A DNA stretch of 64,000 bases from Dehalococcoidia bacterium (GCA_965216025.1 CBDCEX010000015.1:7063-71062), one strand, 5' to 3'; counted from the first letter of the stretch, positions 29,510 to 40,894 are shown. The notes: generated by a model not told the origin, from the letters alone. Numbers and translations: made by a program.

Positions 29510-31131
29510 TAGTTAGACCCCCATCACGCCTGGGCACAACCTCTGCCTGGATTTCAGCGATATGCCCAGCACTTAAGCCGTTCTTGGACATCAACTCAAG
29601 AAGAACTAACCTGGCGACATGGTAGCCCCCACCCGCATTGTGCCTCTTGAAGATCAAGCCCATGATGCCGTATTCTTCGCCCAGTCCTCTCAGAAATTCA
29701 GTGCCCGGAGCACGAACACCCAGGCGGCTATGGAAGAAGCCCGGCTCCCCGTCAAAGATGTCTCTCGGAGCATCATAGCCGACTTTGGCCATCAGCGCCG
29801 CGGCCACTCCATTTCTGGCGCCTACTCCACCACGCAAGAAAGACGCGGTCATGTGCGCCGTTTCTCCGGCATAGGCGGCAATGTTGCAAGGACATATGGG
29901 CTGCTACACCGAGGGCTACTTCCAGCCGGTCTGACGGTAGCCCCAAGGTGATTCCGGCCGCGACAGTTGCTCCCATTGTGTTGCCCGCATCCACCGGGCC
30001 AAAATCCTTTCCAGTTTCACTTTCCTCTTGAGCGGCCACCCTTACCAATCTCTTCGACAATTCATATCCCAGAACAACACCTCGTAGTACCTCTGGCCCC
30101 GAGGCTCCTACTAGCTGGCCTGTTGCCAGAGCCCCGGCCATAACTGCGGCCAAAATATGAGTTCCGCGACCATCGCCGTCATGGGCATCCATCTCATCAC
30201 CGTGGCCCAGGGTGCCGTTGACCTGGGCGGCATTTAACGCCGAGGTACACATCGGGAAGCCCATCATGGTACAGTCCGGATATCCTCCGACCAGGTTAGC
30301 AAAATCTACCATTCGGTGGGCTGAAGGTAGCATAGAGCAAGCCAAATTGCAGCCAATGCCCTCGTACAGGGCCAACAAAGTCATCTGCTTGACATCAGAG
30401 GGGATGTCCTCGAATCTGGTGGCGTACATCCAGTTGAGATAGCTCTTCGTGGCGCTAAGCTCTGCCATCGCGTTTCCTCCGAACGAAGGTGGTTGTGGCT
30501 ACCGCAACCACATAAATGGCAATACGGTTAGTGGCGCCGGATTGGCATAAGGATATTGGATTGAAGTACCGCCTACAAGATCAACAGTAACACCGTCCAG
30601 AGCATCAGAATCGACAGGTCGATCTCAATGCCAACCGCGATAACAACAAGGGGAGCAACTTACTCAATGGCACGAATGACACACGGCGCATGCACGAAAG
30701 TGGCACTGAAATAGCATTGGGTACGCATATGTTCCTGGGCCCAAGTTTTGGTCCTTACTGATACAAAATAGCGTTTAGCATTTTTCTTGATGCAGATTTG
30801 GCCGAGAGCTTTTTCCGCCGGGCAGGTCAAGATTGGCAAAAATTGAGGTGTAGAAAGGGTAGCAAAAACAGTGGCGGTGTGATATACTTTTTCAAGTCCT
30901 CACGAAAAGAGGGCTTTTTTATTGCCCAAAAACAGTTCCCTGACTTGGCCCCTTCGTTCTCCTGCACCCCCGCTGCGATGAACCGGACTGTCCGGATGGG
31001 CGTCTCCTCAATGGCTGTGGCTTTCTTTATATTCCCAGACCTCGGCAAGGAGAGATTTTAGCCGGGAAGCCCATTTGTGGTTGCCTCCCCGATCTCTGTT
31101 GTTAGATGAAAAGGCTTCTATGTCCTAGCTA

Positions 31132-31973
31132 GTGCAGTTATACTTGGCGCCAAAAGTTGGAGGTTCCGTGAGTGACGTTGTAGTCGAAAAAGAATTAGTT
31201 ATCGGCAAAGGTGGGGGCCGCAAGCTCAAGGTGGATGTGTTTCGCCCCGCCGTTCAATCTGGTCCTGTTCCTGGAGTGCTGTTTATGCCAGGAAAAGGGT
31301 GGCGCAATTGTGACCGCGCCGCCCTGGCAGAGCGGTACGGCTATGCCATTGCGAAGTACGGTTACGTGTGTGTAAACGGGAGTACCGGGTCATGGACGAA
31401 GCTCTCTGGCCAGCTCAGATTCACGACGTCAAAACGGCAATTCGTTGGGTAAGGGCTAATAGCGAGAGTCTTGGAATCGAGCCGTCGCAAATAGTGATCG
31501 CAGGGAAATCCTCGGGCGGGCAGCTCGCTTTATTGGCGGCCGGCACCCCCAACCTTGCCGAGTTCGAAGGGAACGGTGGCAACCCCGGAGTTAGCACCGA
31601 CGTGGCCGGTGTAGTCGGGTCGGCCCCCGTTTCCAACATGACCGATTTTGCCGAGAGGCGGGACTTGGAACCCCTGTTCGGTGCCAACCCGAGCCCGGAA
31701 CTCTTAAAAGCGATAAGTCCGATCACTTACGCCAACGAGAACTATCCGCCGACGCTCATCTTTCATGGTACTGCTGATACCCGCGTACACCACCACGAGA
31801 CCGTGCGATTTTTCGAGAAGCTGGAGCAAGCGGGGGTTCCAATGGACCTGCATTTGTACGCCGGACAGGACCACTTCTTCGATCGAGAGCCTCATTTCTA
31901 CCAGGCCGTGGCCGACGCCGTAGCATTGTTCATTTCTCGCTGTGTGCCGCTGCGGGAGCCGGTTACGGCGTAG
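31132..31973 (+). pseudogene. alpha/beta hydrolase (esterase/lipase), frameshifted
   Basis: 31132..31452 ends ..KYGYVCVN. The family-like continuation EYRVMDEALWPAQIHDVKTAIRWVRAN..IAGKSSGGQLAL (G-x-S-x-G)..HGTADTRV..DH is in ORF 31368..31973. The shift is at ~31375. Confidence 0.7.
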
Positions 31974-32311
31974 ATTGCAGTAATTCTCCGGCTAGAATAT
32001 CCCTGCTAGGATGCTGAGGAGTTAAAAAATGACTACCGTAAAAGCCCAGGAAAAGTTCGTCACGGTAAACGGTGTCCAATTGCGCTACCTGGACTGGGGC
32101 ACGGCTGGAAAAACCCCATTGGTATGCCTGCACGGCCACACGGGCCAAGCCCACATCTGGGACGAGTTCGCGGAAGCGACGGCCCCCCACTACCACGTGC
32201 TGGCCGTGGACCAGCGGGGGCACGGCGGCAGCCAATGGGCCGACACCGGATACGCCCGAGACCGGTTCGTGGAAGACCTGGCGGGCTTTGTGGACTCTTT
32301 GGGCCTATCTA

Positions 32312-33540
32312 AACCAAAGCTAAGGTGAAACCTACATAAAGCGAACCCGAAGAGGAGTTGCGATATTCTGTAAAAGAAGTCGATTGGCGGTGGGGGAAGG
32401 GATGACAGACATAGTGCAACTCCTAGAACGGTGGCAACTGGATGTAGGCGACTTACGGGAAAGGATGTATCGGGCGCCAACACCTCGGGAGCGAGAGCGA
32501 TGGCATGGGCTATGGTTGTTGGCCCAAGGGTGGTCGGCCACTCAAGTGGCTGAGGCTTTGGAGAGAGAGCCTCATACCATCGGAAACTGGCTGGACAACT
32601 TTCGCCAAGGCGGGGCCCAAGGTTTGGTCTTTGAGCAGACTGGGGGTTCCCCCCCGTCTTGAACCGAGGTCAACAGAACCAACTGAAGTCTGCGGTGCAA
32701 AATCCGCCTGGGGAGGCGGGGATTGAATTGTCCAACTGGAACTGGAAAGTAGTAAGGCAATTTCTCAAGCAGAGCTTTGACCTGGGACTGAGTCGGAGCA
32801 GTTGCTTGAACTACCTCCATCGGTTGGGCTTCGTGCTGAAGCGACCCAAGAAACGCCTCCTGAAAGCCAAGGATGAAGAACGGAAAGCCTTCGTCCTCCA
32901 GTACAGCCAAATCCGAGAGGAGGCCCAAGAGAGTGGAGCCAAGATCTTCTTCGTGGATGAAGCCCACTTTCGGGCCGATGCCGACCTGCGAGGCAAATGG
33001 GTACTCAAGGGAGAGGCAGCGCTGGTGGACTCCACCAGTCCCCGGTGGGGAGAGAAGGCCTGCTACTACTCGGGAGTTTGTCTGGAGACTGGGGAGGTGG
33101 AAGCCATGGAAATAGCTGGAAACAGCAATGCCGAGACCTCCACCGCCTTTTTACAGCAGCTAAGAGCAAACCATCCTGGACCTCTGGTAGTAATCTGGGA
33201 CAATGGACCAGCCCACCGAGGAGCAGCGATTCGCAGCTATTTGACCACTCCGAACTTGCATCTGCGGTTGGTGGCCTTACCGGCCTACAGCCCAGACTTC
33301 AATGCCGACGAAGCCGTCTGGGACTGGGCCAGGGAAGAGGTCACGGCCAACGAATGCCACGGAACAAAAGCCAAAGTCCAAGAGAAGATGAATCAATTCT
33401 TCGGCGGGCTAGCTCACCGTAAGGAAGAAGTGAAACGTCGCTGCCCAACCCGGTTACAGGCCCGAGCCGATGCTTTGATCTTTACACCTGCCGTGCCTTT
33501 GCCATCACTGCCCAATGTAGTTCCCACCTTGGCTTTGGTT
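32312..33540 (+). mobile_element. IS630-family IS, type 1, copy C (1229 bp)
   Basis: TA at 32310-32311 and 33541-33542 within C-TA..TA-G. The flanks are contiguous halves of one gene. Confidence 0.9.
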
Positions 33541-33543
33541 TAG
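32384..33543 (+). CDS. IS630-family transposase, copy C (orfA 32384..32662, orfB 32659..33543)
   Basis: orfB differs from copy A at 7 of 294 residues (hand count). Same C7 run. Confidence 0.85.
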
Positions 33544-33721
33544 GTTCGTGTTGGCCGGACTGTCCATGGGAGGCTGGCACTCCTTGCTCTACACCCCGGA
33601 CCACCAAGACCGGGTGGAGCGCATCATTATCGTGGACAACCAAGGATGAACAAGACAAGATCCTTTTCGGCACAATGATTTTGGAAATACCGGTTAAGGC
33701 AAAAATATAGGAGAAGGAAAC

Positions 33722-34687
33722 ATGGCAGCAGTCTATAACCCTTCGGCACAGTACGAAGTAAAGAGTTGGGACGTGGAGTACCGGCAAGACCCGGTCCGTA
33801 CCTTGATGGCTCGTATCTACCAACCGCAGGGCTCCGACCACTTCCCAGTCCTTTTGGATGTGCATGGCGGTGCTTGGAACGACCAAGACCGCACCGCCAA
33901 TGCGCTGGTGGACCAATAATTGGCGGCCAGCGGCGTCCTGGTGGTGGCCATCGACCTACGCCTGGCCAGCGAAGCCCCCTACCCGGCCTCGGTGGCCGAC
34001 ACCAATTTTGGCATCCGCTGGCTTAAATCCAGAGCCCGGGAGTGGAACGGCGACCCCGCAACCCTTGGTGTCTTGGGTAGCTCCAGCGGCGGACACGTAG
34101 TCGAGTTGATCGCCATGCGGCCCAACGACCCACGCTACAACGAGTTCCCCTTGGAAGAGGCCCCTGACTTGGACGCTACCCTGAATTACGTCATCGCTCG
34201 CTCGCCCATCAGCAACACCATCGCTCGCTATGAAAACGCCAAGAGCAGACAGCGTCAGAACATGGTGCACAATAATGAGACCTATTTCAACCCTTGGGAC
34301 AGCATTCACGAGGCCAATCCGCAAGAAATCTTGGACCGGGGAGAGGTGGTTTCCTTGCCGCCGATGTTCGTCTTGCAAGGTTCCCTGGATGACAATGTGA
34401 TGCCCGAAACCCAGGCGCATTTCGTCGATTGCTACCGGAACGCCGGTGGCGACATCGAGTTCGAGGTATTCGCCCGCGCCGAACATCGCTGGGTTCACAC
34501 TCCCAGTCCTGAGACGGATCGGGCCATCGACATGATGAAGGACTACATCGCCAGCCGGCCAGGGGCAATGCAGCCAGTGGCTAAGGGCTTGTCACCAAAT
34601 AACGTTATCATGCATCGAGGGGATGCTATAAGCTTGTCGGCATGGAAAACATTTGATGTAAGGCGGGATTTGTTTGTGAGTCCATGA
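33722..34687 (+). pseudogene. esterase/lipase (HGG-type alpha/beta hydrolase fold-3) with an in-frame TAA and an IS in its 3' end
   Basis: ..LLDVHGGAWNDQDRTANALVDQ, TAA (33917-33919), then LAASGVLVVAIDLRLASEAPYP..VLGSSSGGH in one frame. The last ~35 codons of the ORF are ISAzo13-family end sequence. Confidence 0.75.
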
Positions 34688-35960
34688 ATTAAGCAATATA
34701 AAGTAAGGTTGTCGGCATGGAAAATATTGATGCTGTCCGACAACGTTTTACCCTGCTTGAGGGCGTCTTGGACCAGCGGACCCGGCGGCTGGTCGCCGCA
34801 GCCGAAGCGCTGACGCTGGGCTGGGGTGGCGTTACCTGGGTCGCTCGAGCGACCGGCTTCTCGCGGCGGACCATCCAGCAGGGCATGCAAGAACTGCAGC
34901 AGCCCGAGCGGGTCAGCGCGGGCAGAGTCCGCAAGCCGGGCGGTGGGCGCAAGACCACTGTGAGCCAGGACCCAACGCTGCTGAGCGACCTGGAGCGCTT
35001 GGTTGAGCCGGTGACCCGTGGCGACCCGGAATCGCCCCTGCGCTGGACCTGCAAGAGCCTGCGGAACTTGGCGGCTGAACTCCAGCAGTTGGGGCACCGG
35101 GTCAGTCGCCGGTTGGTGGGGGATCTTTTGCACAGGTTGGAGTACAGCTTGCAGGCCAACAGCAAGACCTTGGAGGGTGGCGATCATCCTGACCGTGATG
35201 CCCAGTTCACCTACCTGAACCAGCAAGCGCAGACGTATCTGGATGCGGGTGAGCCGGTGATCTCGGTGGATGCCAAGAAGAAGGAACTGGTCGGGAATTT
35301 CAAGAACGGAGGGCGTGAGTTGCGGCCCCAAGGGGACCCGGAGCGGGTGCGGGTGTACGATTTCGTGATACCAGCCTTGGGGCGCGCCACACCGTACGGG
35401 ATCTATGATGTAGCGGAGAACACGGGCTGGGTGAATGTCGGGGTGGACCACGATACAGCGGCGTTTGCAGTGGAGAGTATCCGGCGCTGGTGGTGGGGGA
35501 TGGGGCAGGCACGGTATCCGAAGGCAACCCGGCTGCTGGTGAACGCCGATGGTGGGGGTAGTAACGGGAGTCGTGTGCGGCTGTGGAAGCGGGAACTGCA
35601 GCGGTTTGCGGACGAGACGGGGTTGACGATCACGGTGGGCCATTTGCCGCCGGGGACGAGCAAGTGGAACAAGATCGAACACCGGTTGTTTTCGTTCATC
35701 ACGCAGAACTGGCGGGGCCAGCCGTTGGTGAGTCATGAGGTCATTGTGAGCTTGATTGGCGGAACCCGGAATACCAAGGGGTTGCGGGTAGAGTGTCACC
35801 TGGACACGAACAAGTACCCGGCGGGTATCAAAGTGTCTGATAGCGAACTGGCCCAGGTGAACCTGCGGTGCCATGAGTTTCACGGGGAGTGGAACTATAC
35901 CATCCTGCCCAGCAACCGCTCAAGTTGAGATGGTTATTCGGTGACGAGCCCTTAGCTCAG
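34578..35960 (+). mobile_element. ISAzo13-family insertion sequence
   Basis: About 26-bp inverted repeats GCTAAGGGCT(T/C)GTCACC(A/G)AATAAC at ~34580 and ~35958. The exact ends are uncertain by a few bp. Confidence 0.7.
34717..35928 (+). CDS. ISAzo13-family DDE transposase
   Basis: 403 aa, apparently intact. ..PVISVDAKKKELVGNFKNGG.., ..LLVNADGGGSNGSR.., ..HLPPGTSKWNKIEHRLFS.. are typical of this family. Confidence 0.85.
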   Translation: MENIDAVRQRFTLLEGVLDQRTRRLVAAAEALTLGWGGVTWVARATGFSRRTIQQGMQELQQPERVSAGRVRKPGGGRKTTVSQDPTLLSDLERLVEPVTRGDPESPLRWTCKSLRNLAAELQQLGHRVSRRLVGDLLHRLEYSLQANSKTLEGGDHPDRDAQFTYLNQQAQTYLDAGEPVISVDAKKKELVGNFKNGGRELRPQGDPERVRVYDFVIPALGRATPYGIYDVAENTGWVNVGVDHDTAAFAVESIRRWWWGMGQARYPKATRLLVNADGGGSNGSRVRLWKRELQRFADETGLTITVGHLPPGTSKWNKIEHRLFSFITQNWRGQPLVSHEVIVSLIGGTRNTKGLRVECHLDTNKYPAGIKVSDSELAQVNLRCHEFHGEWNYTILPSNRSS

Positions 35961-36168
35961 TTGCTACCCCAACCTCCCTTTAGGGGGAATGAAGACGCGG
36001 CCATATGGGCCGCGATCGTAAGACGCATGCTAGGCTCAGGAGGGCGGTCTGGCGCGTTGTGCGGATTACGATGACTCGAAGCGGGATGTCTGCGATAACG
36101 TCCAGGAAGGCCGATCCAACGGATTCACCTTTGGTTGGTTTCGTATTACCATCACTCTACCGGAGCAG

Positions 36169-36459
36169 ATGCAAGGCCTAGACATCAGGGGTAATCGGGT
36201 CTTTTTTGAGACCTGCATATTTGAGACCTGCATAGATGATTACGGCGAAATCTGGGTAAATGGCGAGTGCGACAGGGTCAGGGGAACGGTGGCGGGATTT
36301 AACATACCCCAACGGGTACCGATAGCCGCCGACGCGCAGCCGGGCGAGAAGTACGTTATCGCCTGCCTCGCTGCTAACGGTCCCTTGGCGGCCCCTGGCG
36401 GTGGAATCTTCATGCGCTATGTCCACTTAGCCTTTGAGAATTATTCGACGTCGCGTTAG
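36169..36459 (+). pseudogene. fragment of a sugar-binding/jelly-roll domain protein (tentative)
   Basis: ..FETCIDDYGEIWVNGE.. resembles the VWVNG strand of glycoside hydrolase family 2 N-terminal domains. Contains a 15-bp in-frame tandem duplication, GAGACCTGCATA(T/G)(T/A)T, at 36208-36237. Confidence 0.25.
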
Positions 36460-36943
36460 ACAAAGGACTAACCCGAAGCTGTTGTAACGGTCCCAATTCG
36501 CTCGATCTCCGCGGACTCAACCCAAGTGTTGAGCTGTCCCACCCATGGGCTCCGGAGGCAGGTAGAGAGGTGTCTGGACCTGCTATGAGCTGCAGGTTGT
36601 CCTGCTCCACGCGAACATCTTCGCCAAAAGGCGGGTCATTCCAAGGAAACCTCGCACGTATCGGCAAAGATTGGATCTCTTGCCAGAGACCACTCTTCGG
36701 TCGTGCCACGTGGGCAGATTCCTTGGGTCAGGTACGTCGCCCCCCACCGCTGATTATTTCCCCATCCAGGTACGTACGTATGCGTACGGTCGGGTGCGCA
36801 GAAATCGGTCCGCGCCGCGTAAACCGTAGTTACATTGTACGGTACGCTGCGCAATTTGTTTGATTAGTCCGCGACGACCTTCGTCGTTTGTAGAAAATCA
36901 CTACTAATCTTAACTCGTTCGGGATTGTCTCGCTATGATCGGG

Positions 36944-37147
36944 TTAATTAATGCAGGGCAATCGCGTCTAAAACTGCCTTTTCGAACTTCGGTACAGAAG
37001 GCTAGCGAATGGTAGATATTCCGATGCTTTCCCAGGTATTTTGACTATAACACGTAAAGATCGAAAGACTTCCGGGACTCGTCAGACCCCAAAGAGCCAC
37101 TGTCCCAAACCTGGGGGCGATTAAGACGCGATTGCCCTGTTAATTAA
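36944..37147. repeat. about 26-bp inverted repeats enclosing a ~150-bp AT-richer segment
   Basis: TTAATTAATGCAGGGCAATCGCGTCTA (36944-36970) against the reverse complement of TAAGACGCGATTGCCCTGTTAATTAA (37122-37147). 25 of 26 positions match, with one indel. Confidence 0.5.
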
Positions 37148-37287
37148 TGACGTTTCGACTCTCTGATTTCCGACAACCATCACGTAAAATCACGTAGCGG
37201 TAGGATTTCACACCACGTTGAGCGTCTAATTTGATATGGCAGCACCTGCTCCATAAATGCTTGCGAACTTCACACCGCGCCGAGCGT

Positions 37288-38304
37288 CTAGTCCAGCCCG
37301 TCTAGAAGATCCGGCTCGTGCGTCCCCAGGGCACAGGGAGGGGAAAGCCGAACAAAGTAGGCAGTCGCAAAGGCAAGCCGGCGCAGCTCTGGGGGCAAGC
37401 TGACCAAAAAGCTATCCGGTGGGATTTGAGTGCGATGGGCTAGCAGAGCTCGGCGCTGGTGTTCACTGTAAGACCGGACATCCAGCGCCACCGTGGCCGT
37501 CTCAGGCCCCGGGCCCCGGGAACGGCGTGGCTTCCGCTCCATCCAGTCCATATCAAATCCCGCAGCGATGAATTTGGGCACCAATTTCTCCCAACCGCCG
37601 TCGTCGATCTGTGCCACACCGTACAACTTTCCTGGTCGCCACGGCGGTCCGGCCGCTGGAAATGCTTCGGCATCCCCAGCGGCTTGAAAGGCATCAACGC
37701 TGATTTCATGACACATGACGTGGTCTGGGTGAGGATACATTCCACCAGGTGGCTCGGTGACGATGGCACTTGGCCGAAGCTCGCGGATAATGCGGACCAA
37801 TTTGCCCGCTGCCTCAACTCGTTCGGCATTCACAAACGCTTCCGGGTGTTGATTGGCCGGCGTGCCCGCCATCCCCGAATCCCGGTAGCCGAGCATCCGG
37901 AGCTCAGCCACACCGAGAATCGCACAGGCGTCCTTCACCTCCTGGGTTCGGATTTCCCGCAGCCTCGATCTATCCGCCACCGGGTCCAGGTCTGGGTCGT
38001 GGATCTCACCCTCCTCGCCCCCGGTGCAGATCACAACCCCGGTCCGCACATCTCGCGCACTGTAATAGGCGAGCATCCCGCCGGTCGAGGTGCTTTCATC
38101 GTCCGGGTGTGGACGGACTGCCAGCAGGGTCACGGATTGAGAGCCAAATTCATCCGAGGGAATCGTCCTGTCTATTGCTCTTCCTCCAGTAATACAATTC
38201 AGCGTACTCAAAAATAGTGCAGCCATCCTAGGTGCCTGGACGGATTCGGTCGTTTCCTTCATGGGCATGCACTGTAGCCAGTCGGAAGGGGTCACCCCAA
38301 ACAT
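37288..38304 (-). CDS. PIG-L family deacetylase (LmbE/MshB-like)
   Basis: ..LLAVRPHPDDES.. and ..GMYPHPDHVMCHE.. zinc-site motifs. The true start may be internal. Confidence 0.8.
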   Translation of the reverse strand: MFGVTPSDWLQCMPMKETTESVQAPRMAALFLSTLNCITGGRAIDRTIPSDEFGSQSVTLLAVRPHPDDESTSTGGMLAYYSARDVRTGVVICTGGEEGEIHDPDLDPVADRSRLREIRTQEVKDACAILGVAELRMLGYRDSGMAGTPANQHPEAFVNAERVEAAGKLVRIIRELRPSAIVTEPPGGMYPHPDHVMCHEISVDAFQAAGDAEAFPAAGPPWRPGKLYGVAQIDDGGWEKLVPKFIAAGFDMDWMERKPRRSRGPGPETATVALDVRSYSEHQRRALLAHRTQIPPDSFLVSLPPELRRLAFATAYFVRLSPPCALGTHEPDLLDGLD

Positions 38305-38342
38305 CTAGGGCGGCCACCAATCACAGTTCAGGCTGCTGAAGC

Positions 38343-39188
38343 CTAAGGCAGACCGGCTTCGTGCACCTGGGTCTGTTCATACCCACCGCCCTCCTCTTCG
38401 AAGACTGCCTTGGCTTGTTCCAGCGCGTCCTCCACGTACGGCCAACCGCGATACCAGCCGGCCTGGGAAAAGACCTCGCATATCTCCCGCTGGCTGAGGC
38501 CCAGGTTGAGGGCGTACCCAATGTGCTCCTTGAGCTGCCTCATGTGCCCGCGACACATCAGCGCTACCAGGATGCAGACCGTGCGCTCCTTGGGAGTCAA
38601 ATCACCTCTGGCCCACGCTTCGCCGTAGTTATAAGCATCAACCAGGTCGGCCGTCTCTGGCACAAGTTCCTGAGAAAGGGTGCTTTCCAGATCCACGTCG
38701 GCCTGCTGCCCCCAACTGTTGCGGCGGAGTCGCCGTCCCCGCTCCAACTTTTCTTCGACAGAGGCCAACCACTCGGCCTTTAGGGGTTCTCTGTCCTCCT
38801 CTTGCCACATCTTTTGCTCATTGATCACCTTTTGTGCCTGGGTGAGGGCGAAAACAGTGGCGGGTATCCCGGCGTAAAAGAGAAGCTGGAGAAATATACC
38901 CTTTATCTTTTGGGGGGACATACCCAAAGAAAGCCCCACTCTAATCTGGTGCTGCAACCCAAAGTCCCAGCCGTTCACGCACTGGGCGGAGATGGTGGCC
39001 AGACTCCGCAGCGTTATGTCCAGTCCGGGTACCTGCCATATGCCTCCCCACATTACTTCTTCTTGCAGCTTCACGTAGTCCTTGCTGATGTCCGGCAAGG
39101 CGCCGGTGAGCCTGCCCTGAGGAACATGCTGATCGATGAAGGCATGCAGGTTGGCTGCCTTCTGTGCCAGGTCCTCTGCTCTGGTCAT
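38343..39188 (-). CDS. carboxymuconolactone decarboxylase (CMD/AhpD-like) family protein, paralog 1
   Basis: Two CMD-like halves: ..LRSLATISAQCVNGWDFGLQHQIRVGL.. and ..CILVALMCRGHMRQLKEHIGYAL.. Confidence 0.75.
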   Translation of the reverse strand: MTRAEDLAQKAANLHAFIDQHVPQGRLTGALPDISKDYVKLQEEVMWGGIWQVPGLDITLRSLATISAQCVNGWDFGLQHQIRVGLSLGMSPQKIKGIFLQLLFYAGIPATVFALTQAQKVINEQKMWQEEDREPLKAEWLASVEEKLERGRRLRRNSWGQQADVDLESTLSQELVPETADLVDAYNYGEAWARGDLTPKERTVCILVALMCRGHMRQLKEHIGYALNLGLSQREICEVFSQAGWYRGWPYVEDALEQAKAVFEEEGGGYEQTQVHEAGLP

Positions 39189-39267
39189 TTAAGACTCTCC
39201 TTTACCCGGATTTAGACCGGGACGTAAACCGTAATACTCGGGGATCGACTCTCCTCAAGTCGGAAAA

Positions 39268-40059
39268 CTACAAACCGCGTTCCCTGAAGACCTGATTGGC
39301 TTCCTCCAAAGCATCTTCAACGCAGGGCCAGCCCCGGTACCATCCCGCCTGAGCAAACACCTCGCATACTTCTTTTCGGTTTAGTCCAGCTTCCAAGGCG
39401 TAACTGACGTGCCGCTTCAGCTGCCTCATGTGACCCCGGCACATGAGAGCTGCCAGGATGCTCACCATTCGCTCTTTTTGACTAAGGTTGGCCAGGGCCC
39501 ACACTTGACCGAAATGGTAACCATCCACTAGATCAGCTGCTTCTGGCACCAACTGCTGGGCCAGCGAGCCTTCAATTTCCTGATCGGCCAGCTCTCCCCA
39601 GTTCTTAATCCGCAGAGATTTGCCTTGTTTGAGCATATCCTCTATGGAATTCAGCCAGTCCACGTCCAGAGGGACATCGTCGGATTTCCACTCCTCGCGC
39701 TCATTAATAACTTCCTGGGCGATTCGTAGCCCGAAGACGGTGGCGGGTACCCCGGCATAAAATAGGAGTTGGATAAATATGCCCTTGATCTGCCGCGGAG
39801 TGATTCCAATGGTAAGGCCGGTACGAACCTGGTGCTCTACTCCGAAGTCATACCCGTTCACACACTGGGCCGTGATGGTGGCGAAACTGCGCAGCTTCAA
39901 GTCCAACCCGTCCACCAGCCAGACACCGCCCCACATAAGTTCGTGTTGGATTCGGACGAAGTCGGCCAGCACTGGAGCAGGGCGAGCGTAGGGCAGATGT
40001 TGGTCGAAGAATTCCCTGAGCTCGGCGGACTTTTGCTGCAACTCTGCTACCGTACCCAA
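39268..40059 (-). CDS. CMD/AhpD-like family protein, paralog 2
   Basis: Colinear with paralogs 1 and 3; same conserved blocks (CVNGYDFGVEHQ; LMCRGHMRQLKRH). Confidence 0.75.
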   Translation of the reverse strand: MGTVAELQQKSAELREFFDQHLPYARPAPVLADFVRIQHELMWGGVWLVDGLDLKLRSFATITAQCVNGYDFGVEHQVRTGLTIGITPRQIKGIFIQLLFYAGVPATVFGLRIAQEVINEREEWKSDDVPLDVDWLNSIEDMLKQGKSLRIKNWGELADQEIEGSLAQQLVPEAADLVDGYHFGQVWALANLSQKERMVSILAALMCRGHMRQLKRHVSYALEAGLNRKEVCEVFAQAGWYRGWPCVEDALEEANQVFRERGL

Positions 40060-40111
40060 AAAAGCCTCTCCTGCGGGGTCAAGCTAATCATCAGAATATT
40101 GATCGTGATGC

Positions 40112-40894
40112 TTAGACACCCTTCTCTTCAAAGACTGCCTTGGCCTGTTCGAGGGCATCTTCGACATGAGGCCAACCTCGATACCAGCCGGACTGGGAAA
40201 ACACCTCGCAGATCTCTCTCTGATTGAACCCCATGTCCAGCGCGTAGCCAATGTATTGCCTTAACTGCTTCCAGTGACCCCGGGCCATCAGCGCGGCCAG
40301 AACGCATACCATCCGCTCCTTAGGGCTGAGATCAGCCCGGGCCCACACCTCTCCAAAGTTGTACCCATCTACTATGTCGGAAGCCTCCGGCACCATCTGC
40401 TGGGCCAGCGACCCTTCCACATCCTTGTTGGCCTGTTCTCCCCAGTGCTGGCGGCGAATCTCACTCCCTCGCTGGAGCTTCTCTTCGACAGTGTCGAGCC
40501 AGTCGGCGTCCTTGGAGACATCGGCGGCCCGCCATTCCTCTCGTTCGTTAATTACCTGCTGAGCCTGCAGCAAGCCGCAGACAGTGGCGGGAATCCCGGC
40601 ATAAAACAGCAATTGGACGAATATTCCCTTAATTTGTTGGGGGGTCATCCCCATAGTAAGTCCTACCTTGATCTGATGCTGCAGGCCAAAGTCCCAGCCG
40701 TTCACGCATTGGGCCGATATGGTGGCGAAGCTCCGCAGCTTTAAATCTAGGCCCGGCACTTGCCAGATACCGCCCCACATCAGAGGCACCTGAATTTGGG
40801 AATATTCCGGGGATATGGCTGGCATGGGGCTCTGGGCTGGCAGATAGTCCCGAAATGCCTCGGCTCTCCTGGCTAGCTCATCGGCGGTAGTCAA
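40112..40894 (-). CDS. CMD/AhpD-like family protein, paralog 3
   Basis: Colinear with paralogs 1 and 2 (CVNGWDFGLQHQ; LMARGHWKQLRQY). Confidence 0.75.
   Translation of the reverse strand: MTTADELARRAEAFRDYLPAQSPMPAISPEYSQIQVPLMWGGIWQVPGLDLKLRSFATISAQCVNGWDFGLQHQIKVGLTMGMTPQQIKGIFVQLLFYAGIPATVCGLLQAQQVINEREEWRAADVSKDADWLDTVEEKLQRGSEIRRQHWGEQANKDVEGSLAQQMVPEASDIVDGYNFGEVWARADLSPKERMVCVLAALMARGHWKQLRQYIGYALDMGFNQREICEVFSQSGWYRGWPHVEDALEQAKAVFEEKGV

Larger units (their letters stand above)
27842..30468 (-). pseudogene. MmgE/PrpD family protein, disrupted by IS630 copy B and by a frameshift
   Basis: The three pieces are 29773..30468, 29493..29852 and 27842..28231. Frameshift near 29885. Removing the IS plus one TA joins ..RRDGGLT to SSVHHANTSLSHSGREVLALAALHGG.. 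in frame. Confidence 0.8.
32029..33649 (+). pseudogene. alpha/beta hydrolase, interrupted by IS630 copy C and 3'-truncated
   Basis: ..LVCLHGHTGQAHIWD..VDSLGLS, then the IS, then RFVLAGLSMGGWHSLLY.. in frame once the IS plus TA is removed. It stops about 35 codons later, far short of a full hydrolase. Confidence 0.75.

Noticed and set aside
36760-36800. GGTACGTACGTATGCGTACGGTC, reminiscent of group II intron domain V sequence (..CGUAUG..ACGUACGG..)
   Set aside because: It does not fold into a bulged 14-bp hairpin. There is no GUGYG start or domain VI nearby on either strand.
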